Positions 42,611 through 59,575 of a stretch of 64,000 nucleotides of DNA are shown piece by piece. Within the stretch, counting starts at the first letter, position 1, and every line of letters begins with the position of its first letter. The DNA is taken from NCBI RefSeq assembly GCF_009914755.1, contig NC_060947.1, one strand, 5' to 3'. The translations under genes were made by a program, and so were the position numbers. Below the pieces are notes generated by a model. The model did not search any database. It was given only the letters and a program-made list of their open reading frames with translations, and was not told the DNA's origin. This stretch comes from the human T2T-CHM13v2.0 reference genome, Homo sapiens.

Positions 42611-45497
42611 AAGAAAAAATATTTTTTATAAATGTAGTGTAGCCTAAGTGTACAGTGTTTGTAAAGTCTACAGTAGCATGGAGTGATGTCCTAGACCTTC
42701 ACATTTACTCACCACCCACTCACTGACTCAACCAGAGCAACTTCTACTATTGCAAGCTCCATTCGTGGTAAGCGCCTTATACAGGTGTATAATTTTTTAA
42801 ATCTTTTATACTGTATTTTTACTGTGCCTTTTCTATATTTAGATATGTTCGATACATAAATACTTACCATTGTGTTCCCATTGCCTACAGTATTCAACAT
42901 AGCAACATGCTGTTCAGGTTCGTAGCCTAGGAGCAATAGGCCACACCATATAGCCTGGGTGTGTAGTAGGCTATACCACCTATGTTTGTGTAAGTGCACT
43001 CTGTGCTGTGCACACAACAAAATCACCTAATGACACATTTTTCAGAAGGTACCCTCATCATTATGCAACACATGACTGTGCTTCTTAGACTCCAAACATA
43101 CTTCCCCTGACTTGGTTCTAGGGAGTCAACATTGTCAATGTTACAACTTCGTCTTAGAATGGTTTAGTGCTCCCCCCACCTTCTTCTTATACCCAGGATC
43201 ATAAAGGCTTCTTCAAGGGCATTTTGTTGGGCACGGAGCTGACCACCTCCATGTGTTTCCTTCCCTTCAGGCCTTACAGAGCTTATTCTCATTATTCCAC
43301 CTCTATTTGCAACGGAGCCTGAAACCTATCCTTATTTGCAGTTTGCCATTTAAAAATCATCCCTTCTGGCTTTACTTTTTGCCCTGTTCTTTCTGTGTCC
43401 AAACTGAAAGTCCGAAGTGAGAGAAACTCATGCTACAGAGTGACTCGCTGGGGTTTGGTGTCAAATCTTAAAACGCCCACTTTCCAATCAAGGGTGACTA
43501 AATTATGAAGTAGCACCGCCCCCACCCCCTCCTTTTTAGCTCTTCACAATGCTTGCTATCACCTATTTTATAATTAGCAGTAGATTAGCATGAAAAAGAT
43601 CTTCCTTCCTGAATTAGGCACTGCAAATATATTTTCTAACTTTTGACCTAAATTGCAGTCTGATTTAAAGTTTTGTTTGTTTGTTTACCAGTTTTCTAGA
43701 GAAATAAGAAAAAAAAATAAAGTTTTGTTTGTTTGCTTGCTTGCTTGCTTTTTTTATTCACTCAACAAATCCTTAGCACATTTTGAACAAAGCAGCTTGA
43801 AAGCAGAGTTAGGCTATTTCTGTACACAAATAGAAGAGCAACTAAGCTTGTGTTTTCACCAGTGGTCTTTTGCAGAAGATAAGGGTCAATAGCTATGAGG
43901 GACCAAGGCTCAAGTTTCACTTAAGGGAAACTGGATTCACTTCTCCAAGTGATACTGAAAGCTTGTATTCCAGGGTTAAGATTTACCAAATCAGGGACTC
44001 TCTTGTTTTCAGGGATAGTGCAGATTCTACATATCGGGTTTTTAGGGTGCACATGATGAATAGTTTGGAAACGTTTCTGCACCAGTTTATCACTGGCAAG
44101 ACAGAGGTACCACTTGCAGTCCTCTTCCTGAGAAGGTTCCTCCCACAAGGCATCCCACTTCCTTTTCAAATTTTACTTATTTTGCTCATCAGCAATAAAA
44201 TGAAAATGTGTCTTTCGCTCTCTATAATCATCTCCCCAACTCAGCAACTTAAGGTGCCTCTGTCACTTTGATTTATTCAAATGATTTGAAATGTCAACTT
44301 ATTGAAGATCTGTAGAGGACCATGGGTAATGTCACCCACTGCCCTGAAAAGCCAACGAATTTTAACTCTCTGAACGGATGTCAGACAAGGGCAAAGCTGA
44401 GCCCATGGAATCACTTTTTGCCATGCTTCTCAATGGAGCAATTCAAGGTGACTTCGTCATGCCCATTGAGGAAGCCACATCTGCCAGTTTGTATGGCATC
44501 ATATTGGCAAAAAGGAAAAATGGTCACTGAGAGGAGACTTTTCCCCACAAGTATGATTTCTTAGAGAGCCATGGCATTATTTTGGTGCTTAATGAAGTGA
44601 AACCTTTTTATCCCAGCTACAGTCCGGCCTTACTGGATTGGCAACAGCCCCAGCAAACTGACAATTTAAATGAGGGTGCCACTGCTTGAGGACTTTATGT
44701 GAGGCCTCATTAATTAGTCTATGAGGATGGTCTAACACGGTGCTTGGCACAGAGGTAGATAGCACTCGTGGCATATTAACCATTGCTATGATTATGAAAA
44801 GTTCATTTCTAGAGAGTTCCACCAGTAGTTAAGAGGTAGGCTTAGGGATTTGACCTCTAACACACTGTGACTATTCCTGTCATTCTATCCTGCTGGTGGC
44901 TGGCCTGGTGCTCTAGGGTAGTCAAAACCATTTTAAGAAACCGCAGAGAAATGTTAAATTCTCCTGTTGTGCTGGAATTCAGTGAATGCCAATGGATCTT
45001 AAAATAATTGGGTCAGTGTCTGAGGCTTAGAAAGGCAAGAATTCTCTTTTGCCACATGGGATTTTGTGTGAATTTGGCATTAATATCAGACCTGTGCTAT
45101 CTTGGCTTGCTTCTTTAGGAAGTAAGCTGGTGCTAACCCCTCAAGGAAAGGATAAAACACTTAGCAGAGCCTTGTTTGTTTCTCAGTAGGGAGTGGCACA
45201 CTAGCTTAACATGTAGGAAGTTGGCAATAAAGTACTATGTATGACGGAGATCTGACCTCGTTCTTAGCTGAGGTTGGTATGGCTTCCTCTAGAGCATTTG
45301 CCAAGTGGCCTTTGTGGTTAAACAGCACACTGAACTTTCTCTTAACTCCTTTTAAAGTGAGGACAAAAGGATGGATATGCCTGGCTGCCGCCAATGAACA
45401 TTACACAGTGCCTCCTCTGTGTTAGGTGTTGGAGGTGCCATGAGCAGCACAGTCCCAGTCCCAGTTCTCAAGTTCACAGTCTAGTCAGAGATACAAG

Positions 45498-45924
45498 CAG
45501 TGATGCACTGGAGCCCATTGCTACTGATTCATGAGAGTTGATAGATGTTTAGAAATTTTTGCCAGTCAGTCGTTAAACACACACTTATTAAAAATAAAAT
45601 TCTATAAGCCTGCAATTAAAATACATTTCAAACAAAGGTAAGAAACACTCAAAATGTATCACTTCCTAATTATTTTACTGCCATTGCTTATTATATATGC
45701 TCTTGAGGTGATCTATAGCTATTGTAGCAGTCTGATGGAAATGCTGTATAATGCTGTACTACTGGGCATTTCTACCCAAATCAATGTGTAGCCTCACGTC
45801 GGTAGCTTGAAATTGGTCATGGTGGGAATATTTACACAGTGGAAATTGGCAATCACTATAAACTTGGAATGTTTTCTTTTTTCCTTTCATAAAATCAGTT
45901 ATTAAACATTTATTAGCACACCTG
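45498..45924. mobile_element. MER63-like hAT-Blackjack element
   Basis: Ends cagtgatgcactggagcc...ttagcacacctg. Confidence 0.65.
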
Positions 45925-47221
45925 GAGACATTCTAGCAAATAGATTACAGTAAATCCAGTGGGCCCCATGGCTGTGGGATTATAGCCCATGGTAGGAGAA
46001 CATGGGAAAGTGTTGTGAAAGGCTTCACACAGGAGGCAGGTGCTTGAAGCAAAGCTCTGAAAGATAATTAGGAGTGAAGGCCCAGAGGCAAGATAGGGCA
46101 GAATTGATCGAATGAAAAAGATGTGGGTTTTGCTCTCAGGGGCTCTCAGTTAAAAGGAAACAGGAGAAAGGGAGTGAAGGGTCAAGTGCTCTGTGGGGTC
46201 TACTGGGACTGCTGTAGGGGCACAGAGGAGGGCACAGGGCTGGTGGGGGTAGAGTAAGGCTTCCTGGAGGAGGTGATGTGGCATCTTACCACGGAGATCA
46301 AAAGAGAACTAGGAGTAGCCACCGTTCCTGGAATGGAGGTAGAAAAGTAATGTCTTCTTATATATTAAAATATATTGCCAATACAATCAGCATAGAAGAG
46401 TAATCAATGTTTTAAAAATGTATTCTCAAGAAATGCTTCACTCTTGAGATTGTGCAATCCTTGAAATATTGCCTTGTGAGTGGGGATCTTAGTTTCTAGT
46501 GCAGCCTCCCACCTATCACGGGGCTTTGCTTATAATAGCCCTGGCTGAGGGCTTTGAAGTTCTGCCTGAATACTACAGGTGTTGGGGGAGAAGGGAATTG
46601 AGTGCATTTGTTAAATTCTGAACTAAATGGGAATAAAGACCTCATTTGGGGAGATAATTATTAAATCCTATATTCAGAAGTCTGGTGTTTGCTAAGCCCT
46701 TCAGTTTCATGGACAAAGCATAAACAATATTCCCTTTTCAACACCACAAATTAACTTTTCCAAGAAAAATTGGCTGTGAGATAAGGATAGATTATATTCT
46801 GGTATGTGTATGAGGAATGGGGACTTTGAACTGCTCTCAAGTCCCTAACTACAGAAAATCTAAGAAATGATGTTGTCTCACTTTGGTAAAATAACATCTG
46901 GGGAAAATACCTACTTTCTCTTTGCATTTAGTGCCTCATTAAAAAAAAAAAAAAAACAAAACTAAAGGTCAGATTAGCAACCTAAAAATGAAACTAGAAT
47001 GGAGGTGAGGAAAGAAGTAGTGTAACATTTTACCCTGAGGCTGAGAAGAGGGAGCAGATCTAGTTGTGCAAGCACTCAGAGTCTGAAACGTAGGCCCTTA
47101 GTGTTACAAACAGGATGAATGCCTTGGCAAATAAACTCTTGAAAAGAAACCTGTGCTAAGATTTCCCAGAGACTCTGAGCTTTCTTTAATCCTTTACATC
47201 CTTCTTTTTGTTACAAAAATA

Positions 47222-47579
<358 letters not shown>

Positions 47580-47783
47580 TAGAAACCCATTCAGCTAGTT
47601 CAGATAAAGGATGGGTGGGAAAATGAAATTAATTCAGAAATATTAACTGACACTCACTATGTGCCGGGTTCTGAGCTAGGAGTCCCTGGTAAGCAGTGAC
47701 TAAGATGGACACAGTCCCTGTCCTCACAGAGCGTACCATCTAGGAGGAAAAAAAGCACTAAACTAACAATTACACAGTTTGGG

Positions 47784-48099
47784 TGTTGTTGTTGTTGTTT
47801 CTGAGACAGGGTCTTGCTCTGTTACCCAGTCTGAAGTGCAGTAGCGCAATCTTGGGTCATTGCAACCTCCGCCACTGGGGTTCAAGCAATCCTCTTGCCT
47901 CAGCCTCCTGAGTAGCTGGAATTACAGGCATGTGCCACCACACCACACTAATTTTTGTTTCTGTTTTGTTTTGTTTTTTAGTAAAGATGGGGTTTCACCA
48001 TGTTGGCCAGGCTCGTCTCAAACTCCTGACTTGAAATGATCCGCCCACCTCAGTCTCCCAAAGTTCTGGGATTACAGGCATGAGCCACTACGCCCAGCC
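47784..48099 (-). mobile_element. Alu (J/S) with (GTT)n tail, inside an L2 fragment
   Basis: Direct match to the Alu consensus. Confidence 0.92.
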
Positions 48100-49689
48100 T
48101 ATTTGTTATTTAATTATAAGCACGATGTGCACTCTGAGGGAAAGGAGTGAGGGGTCGTGAGAGCCCATGGAGCTCCAACCTAATAGGGCTGGATGAAAGG
48201 CCAGAGGAGGCTTCACTGGAGAAGTGATATTTGAGAAAACTCAGGAGCATACCTTTAGCTGGGATGAAGGAAGCATTATCTGGTACCCTTGCTTTTCTTT
48301 CTAATTCCCTTATCAGGCAATACGTTACAAAATCAGCATGAAATTTGATAAATTAAAACTCAGAAACAATGTAGAAAAAAAAGCCTCCCGATCTATTTTA
48401 TACTCGCAGGCTCCTTCCACCAATATGCTCAATTATTTTCCCTGAACAGATGTTCCCAGACCTTTCACTCACCCAGGAGTTTATTTCTTGTTTATTCCTG
48501 ACAAAATTGCTGTTTAGCATAAGATTTAAAATGTGTGCATTTACAGCGCTACATCCAGAATGCACCCCAGAAAGGAATTTTCACCATTAAATGTACAACT
48601 TAGTCAGGGTTATGATGACTAAAATGTTGTGGGAATGCTGATTATTTAAACATGACATTATTAAGTTTTAATTCATCTTTGTAAACAATTCTTTATTTTT
48701 ATACTGCTGCAGAATTAATACCACTGTTGACTTGTGTTTCAGTCTTTACATATCGCATTCCCTGTGCTTTTCACAGGTCTACTGTGTTTCCACAGTTACT
48801 TCCCATCTGAGAAGCTGGAGAGGAGGCATTTGCCTTGACCCTCCACCCACCTACAGTCAGGCAAACATGCCTCTGACTAATAGAAACTGCCTGAAGGTGA
48901 TGACTTGGTACATCCAGCAGACACTGAACTGCTGGACAGAATCATATTTATAGCTTTCTTACAACTATCTTTTGCTTCTCACACAGGGTAGCTACTGGAT
49001 ACAGGAAGGTGCGTCTTCTTTTCTCACACCCATTTCTCTCCTTTGGGTTTATGACTCCACCATTGTAGACATACTTGTCTGGCCTAAGAAAGCAAACTGA
49101 CCAAAGAGTTGCGCAAAACTCAGCAGATTCCATTTTGTAAACCTTCTCCAGTTGGAATTGCATAAAAGAGCCCTTCTCCTTTAAATTTCACTTTGAACTC
49201 TACCTTGGCTGAACCAAAATATCAGAGGGAAACTCAGTCAAAACCACAGTGTAGACCCCAAATAAGTAAAGATTTACTTGAAACCTGAAGATTTTCTCAA
49301 AAGCTTTTGAGAAGGTGCAGATAGAAAGGCCAACCTCACTTGGATTTATGATAAGGAGTGAAATCTGAAACCATGGGTTCTAGGCACTGGCTACCACTAG
49401 AGGTAGGTGGTAAAATAGCAATAATAATAATAATAATTACTGCTGCTACTACTACCTCTTGTCTTAAGCCTTTGCTATATGTCAGTAGATATTGTGCTAA
49501 GCATTGTTTATCTCAATGGCTTATCTCAGCAACCCTCTGGGGTGGGTGTGATATGACATCTCTTTACAGATGAGAAAATAAGGCTTGTTCGAATTCTGCC
49601 AATTATACTTGCAAGCATGTATGTGTAGCTCTATGCAATTTTATCAAATGTGAAGATTTGTGTAATCACAACCACAATCAAGATACTCA

Positions 49690-50761
<1,072 letters not shown>

Positions 50762-50775
50762 AAGATACTTAACTG

Positions 50776-54300
<3,525 letters not shown>

Positions 54301-54879
54301 CCATCATCCTATGGGCATCTGCTCTGGGTTTAGGTCATCTCTCAGGATTACAAAAACCCCTGGAAAAAAAACTGATTGTAGTGTTTCAAGCTGCTGCTAT
54401 GAAGTCCCAAGGGTTTCTATTAGACCAGAATTTTCCAAGACCGTAGAGACGAAGCTCAAAACCACTCTTCTGCTACTACAGCTGCCAGCATTTTGGTAAA
54501 TTATGTTGACTAAAGAGGATGTCTTCACAATGTTTGATGCTGATGTTTTTATCTCTTCTACTTAAAATTGATCTGTGTTGCAAATTATACCCTCCTAAAG
54601 AGTATGCATACAACTTTTTTTTACTAACATTTTCTTACAGAGTTTGCTCTGAAGCAGTGTTTTCTCTATCCACTTCATGCTATGATGCTAGTTCTTCTGG
54701 AATATTTATTTTAAACAGATACATTTCATTCTAACCAAGAATTTTGGAGGATAATCTTTCTGATTGACTTAAACTAAGAATTTTAAAGGTTAGTCTTTCT
54801 GATAGACTAAAGGGAGTAATACTATATAACTTTTCCATACCATTCTCATTTTTTAAAAATTACTTTGCTTTCCATCATA

Positions 54880-55858
54880 AACAAAATGGTGGGTGCAGTT
54901 TTAGATAGGATAGTCAGGGAAGACCATTTCAAAAGAAGGTAGCATTTGAGCTGAGATGATACAATAAGAATCTAGCTATATAAATATCTGGGGGAATAGC
55001 CTTAAAGGCAAAGGAAACAGAAATGCAAAGGCTCTAGCAGGAACATGTTAGGTGTGCTTGAGGAACAACAAGGAAATCAGTGTGGCTGTAGCAGCATGAG
55101 TAAGGGAGCAACTAGTAGAAAATGAGATGAGAGAATGGCAGGAGCCAGTCCTATAGGGCTTTATAGGCCACAATCAGGATTTTAGATTTTATTCTAAGGT
55201 ATTCCACTTAGATAGACAGCAAGACATTGGAGGATTTTGAAAAAAAAAATTGAAAGACATGATCTGATTTACATTTTAGAAAGATCACTCTGGCTGTGAT
55301 ATAGAGAATGGATTGGAATGGGGCCAAAAGAAAAATTAGAATAGTGAGGACACTATTTCAGTGGTCCAAGCAAGGAATGACTAGTCTCTTTGGACCAGGC
55401 TTAAACTAGGAGGAGAATGGTAGAGGTAGTGAGAGGTGGTTAAATTTTGATATACTTTTTAGATATAGCCCATTGGAATTTTTCAGGGTTTATATGGAAG
55501 GGATGAAGAAAAAGTTAGCAATCAAGAATGTCCTAGGTTTTTGCTTGAGCAACTATTGGAGTGTGATTCCATTTTCTGAGATGGAGAAGCCTGTGGGGGG
55601 AACAGTTTTGCAGGGATATGGTAGGAGGTAGGGAGTCAAATGTTCTGCTCTGGCTATATTAATTTGAGATGTCTATTAGACGTCTAAAGGAAATGATTAA
55701 GCAGGAGGTTGCATATATGAACATGGAACTCAAATAAGGGGTCTAGATTGAAGATTAAATCTTTAGAGCCATCAGCATACATAGATAATAGATAAAGCCA
55801 TAGGATTGGATGAAATAATTTAGAGACTATAGGCAAATGAGAGGGCCCAAGGTTAAAC
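54880..55858 (-). mobile_element. L2 fragment
   Basis: gatagtcagggaagacc...catttgagctgag...agaaagatcactctggctg...tttgagatgtctattagac. Confidence 0.8.
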
Positions 55859-55861
55859 TCT

Positions 55862-55976
55862 AGATAGGGTTTTGCCATGTTGTCCAGGCTGGTCTCAAAC
55901 TCCTGGGCTCAAGTAATCCACCCAAGTCAGCCTCCTAAAGTGCTGAGACTACAGGCGTGAGCCACCACGCCCGACC
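55862..55976 (-). mobile_element. Alu left-arm fragment without a tail
   Basis: agatagggttttgccatgttgtccaggctgg...gccaccacgcccgacc. Confidence 0.85.
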
Positions 55977-56045
55977 ATGATCTCTCTTCCTCACTGGAGT
56001 ATAAGCTTCATAAGAACAGAATGCAGATTTTCTTTGTTCACTGCT

Positions 56046-56503
56046 TATATTAGTTTGCTACGGCTGTCATAACACAATACCACAGCCTGGGTGGCCTAAA
56101 CAACAGAAATGTATTGTCTCACTATTCTGGAGTCTAGAAGTCTGAGATCAAGGTGTCAGCAGGGTTGGTTCCTTCTTGAGACTCTGAGGAAGAATCCGTT
56201 CCGTGCCTCTCTCCTAGCTTCTGGTGGTTTGTTGGTGATCCTCAGCATTTCTCAGCTTGTATATGCATCACCTTGATCTCTGCCTTTGTCTTTATATGGT
56301 GTTCTGTGTGTATGTATCTCTGCATTTAAGTTTTTTCTTTTTATAAGAACATCTGTCATATTGGGTGAGGGCTCACCCTAATGACCTAATTTTAACTTGA
56401 TTATATCTTTAAGGATCCTATTTCCAAATAAGGTCACATTCTGAAATACTGTGATCTAGGACATCAACATATCTTTTTGCGGGACACAATTCAACACACA
56501 ACA
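56046..56503 (-). mobile_element. MLT1B/C-like LTR inside an L2 3' fragment
   Basis: tatattagtttgctacggctgtcataacacaataccacag...ggacacaattcaacacacaaca. Confidence 0.85.
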
Positions 56504-57954
56504 CTGCTCTGTCTCCAGCATCTAACACAGACCCTGCCTCCGGGCCCCTAATTCCCCTAGTGACTCCTTGATGAATGAATATATGAATGGACTTTAGAGC
56601 TTCTGTGAAATGGTAAGCAATGTTGTGAAGGATGTGTGTGTGTATGTGTGTGTGCGTGTATGTGTGTGCATGTATCTCTCTGGAGAGAGAGAGAGCCCCT
56701 CTAGCCTTTCATCAGATTCTCAGTGATCCATGATCCTAGAAGTGCCAAGACCCACTAGCTTATAATGTAAACACCACATCTTTGCTGTGATATAGAGGCC
56801 CTTCATTATATAGCCCTGGTTTACTCTGCAGCCTGGCCTTTTAAACTACACACACCTGTCTCCAGTCACACTGAATCACCTGTGGTTCCCTTCATGGACC
56901 ATTCTCTTGTTCACCTCTGAGCCTTTTCATATTCTGGTATCACCTCTGCCTAGTCTAGGATTCATTTTCAATCATCTGGCAGATTCTCAATCATCTTTCA
57001 AAAATAAGCTCCAGGGTTTGCCCCTCAAGGAGAATTTTTCTGACTTCTCTGGAGGGTGATAAGCATTTTCACTTCTGGGAACAATGTTCACACATCCACT
57101 AAAGCAACTGCCATAGACAGATGGGTCTGTTTCTTCCACTGGACACTGAGATCCTGGAAGATAGAGACCAATTCTTACTCACCTCTGCATCCCTAGGCTA
57201 GAAGGGTGTCGTCAGTCACAAAACAAGCCTTTAAGAGTGAATGAAAAAAAAAGAGTGGCTGCCCTGGGGAAGACAGATTCTAACTTAAAGAATAGCCTAG
57301 TTCCAACAACAAAATCTGTTTCACAGTGAGCTAAATAGTGTGCAGCTTCTGGACACCACATGACTACTCATGATGGGGATAATCTAGAAAGAGCATATGC
57401 ATTGGATGGAAGGTCGAGCTGCATCTGGCCCCCACGACCTTTTCCACATCTGAGTATTTCTGATTCCGCGACAGCCCGACCTTCCTTTTTTTTTTCTTGT
57501 GACTGGAACCTGGCTTCTGAACTGGAGGGTGTGTCACCCTCGAACTCCCGCTGACTAGGCCAAGGTTAGAAAAGGTACTTTCCAGAAGTTCACCATCCCA
57601 GGCAGACTCAAGGTGCCTGGCTTTGCCTTCTCAGCATCTCTGACTTCCCATCTGAAAACTGACTAATACTTGCTAATTGTATGTTCTAAGATCCTTTGAT
57701 GAAAATGCCAGAGTATGTAAGTATCAAGTATTGTTATGAATAAGAAAAAAGGAATGAAGTTTCTGTTGCTTACTCCTTGAACGACATTATAGAAAATGGA
57801 TGTCTTTTGCCAAACCACAGGGCATAGCTGCATTGTAGAAAAGAAACTGGTAAAAATGTATTCAACCCCTCCATCCTTTGGATTCAACATTTAAATATCT
57901 GCTTTTCTAGGACCCTCCTGATTACAAAAATGCCAAGGAGTCTTTTGGTGTCAT

Positions 57955-58499
57955 TGTGGATTGTGCTCAGCAGTCTTCCATGAAGCCCTGCAATGAAACC
58001 TCACTGCAGTGGTGATCTAGCCTGGTGTTCTGTCTACCTAGAGCAGCACTCCCCTTCTGGGAAATGCTTTTTTCTCCACTCCAACCATGCATTTGAAGGA
58101 TGCCTGCTATGTTCTTCTGGAACTCTGTTGCACACAGTGACTGGTAAAGACATGGGCACCTGATCCAAGCTGTGTCAATTAAAATCCTTCCAGGGACTTT
58201 GAATACATGGGCATAGAAAGAGTGAATAGAAAGTCCTCTCTGGAAGCAACTCTGGGGCAGGGGGGTATGAGTACAGAACTGGCCAGCTACCATGCATCAG
58301 CGGTGTGGGAGAAGACTGAGAGAATGAAACTGACACTCATGCAGAGGTGGGAGACAGAAAAAAGAGGGAGGAAGGGTGGGAAAGGAGAGAGAGAGTGAAA
58401 GAGAAATAGACAGACAGAGAGAAATCCTGTTAGTTACTCAAGTCCTTTGTTCTAGTTGTTCCTGCCTTCCCATGGCTCGGTTACATGATCACCAATAAG

Positions 58500-58549
<50 letters not shown>

Positions 58550-58610
58550 CTAAGCAAAATTCCACCTGGCTTTCAGTCACTGGAAACCACAACAATCCTG
58601 ACAAATATAC
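57955..58610 (+). mobile_element. Old MLT1 (J/K/L-like) LTR containing a T44 run (58504-58547)
   Basis: catgggcacctgatccaagctgtgtcaat...ccaataagcctc(T)n gcctaagc...cagtcactggaaacc...cctgacaaata. Confidence 0.7.
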
Positions 58611-58899
58611 ACACAGAACATGCTATTAGCTCCAGAAAGAAATGAAGAGCCTTACAGTCTCCAAGTATTTTCAGCTCAAGACAGTTTTTCTATCAAAATG
58701 ACTTTTCTCAAGAATGTCCACTCTTCCTCCCATGGCAATGACCTAGGAAGAAAAGGAAAGAGAATGGGTTGACATTCCTAAGTACTTGTGCATGAAACGG
58801 GCTTTACAGATCATCTGGTCAAACTTCCATTGTACAGATGGGGAATGGAGCCCAGGGATGATGTGCAACTTTGGGAGCACATCATCCCTTCCCCTCCCT

Positions 58900-59060
58900 G
58901 AACTAGAATCGAGTTCTGGCTCTATTACTAACTTTGTACTAATAATGTTTGTACTAATACAAAAATTTGTTACTAAGAACAAATATTATTAGTAATATTA
59001 CTAATAATTATTACTTATTACTAATAAGTTAGTAATAGAGCCAGAACTCAATTCTAGTTC
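58900..59060. repeat. 35-bp inverted repeat with a 91-bp AT-rich spacer
   Basis: 58900-58934 and 59026-59060 are reverse complements at 34/35 positions. Confidence 0.95.
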
Positions 59061-59510
59061 TCCCAATTTATTCTGACTCACTAGTTTCCTACAGGCCTCC
59101 AATCTGAAATTCTGTAAATGAAATTGCAATGCAATTTTTTAAAACACCAAACTTTATTTTATTCCTGGAATACACATCACTCCCCACCCCCACTCATTCT
59201 ATTTCTTCAAGTTCATGAATATGTAAAATGTCAAGAATTTTAAGTTATATATCTGCTGGAGGGTTACTGTGGCTGTGACACTTAAAATTTTAGTTCTGCA
59301 AGCTATTTTGATTCATATCCAATGCTTGACTCTGACATGAAGGTCTAATGAAAAATCAGGCCTCTGGCCTTTTTGTTTTCATCTTGTAGAACTACTGCTA
59401 CATTTGGCCTTTTAAAAATGATGTGACCAGCTTTCATTTTGACAATTGCATCCTCAAGACTTCCAGAAACTGATGAAATTGTCATTGCTGTGAAATTATC
59501 CTGCAATCAT

Positions 59511-59575
59511 TGTGAATATATATATATAGTGAATATATATATATATAATCTTTGTGAATATATATATATATATAT
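59511..59575. repeat. Three gtgaa(TA)n units
   Basis: Direct inspection. Confidence 0.85.

Larger units (their letters stand above)
41416..43078. mobile_element. Tigger3b-like TcMar DNA transposon containing a U6 retrocopy and an AluJ
   Basis: TIRs cagtcatgtg...cacatgactg with a TA target on the left; ~1.24 kb after removing the inserts. Confidence 0.85.

Noticed and set aside
43870-44271. 133-aa ORF in unique sequence (also 644-997, 6026-6370, 11683-12045)
   Set aside because: Most lack an ATG start, none has a recognisable domain or exon structure, and their lengths are within chance expectation.
48762-48900. Possible lncRNA exon (ttttcacag acceptor at ~48776, gaag|gtgatg donor)
   Set aside because: The donor is weak, such sites are common by chance, and there is no transcript evidence available from sequence alone.
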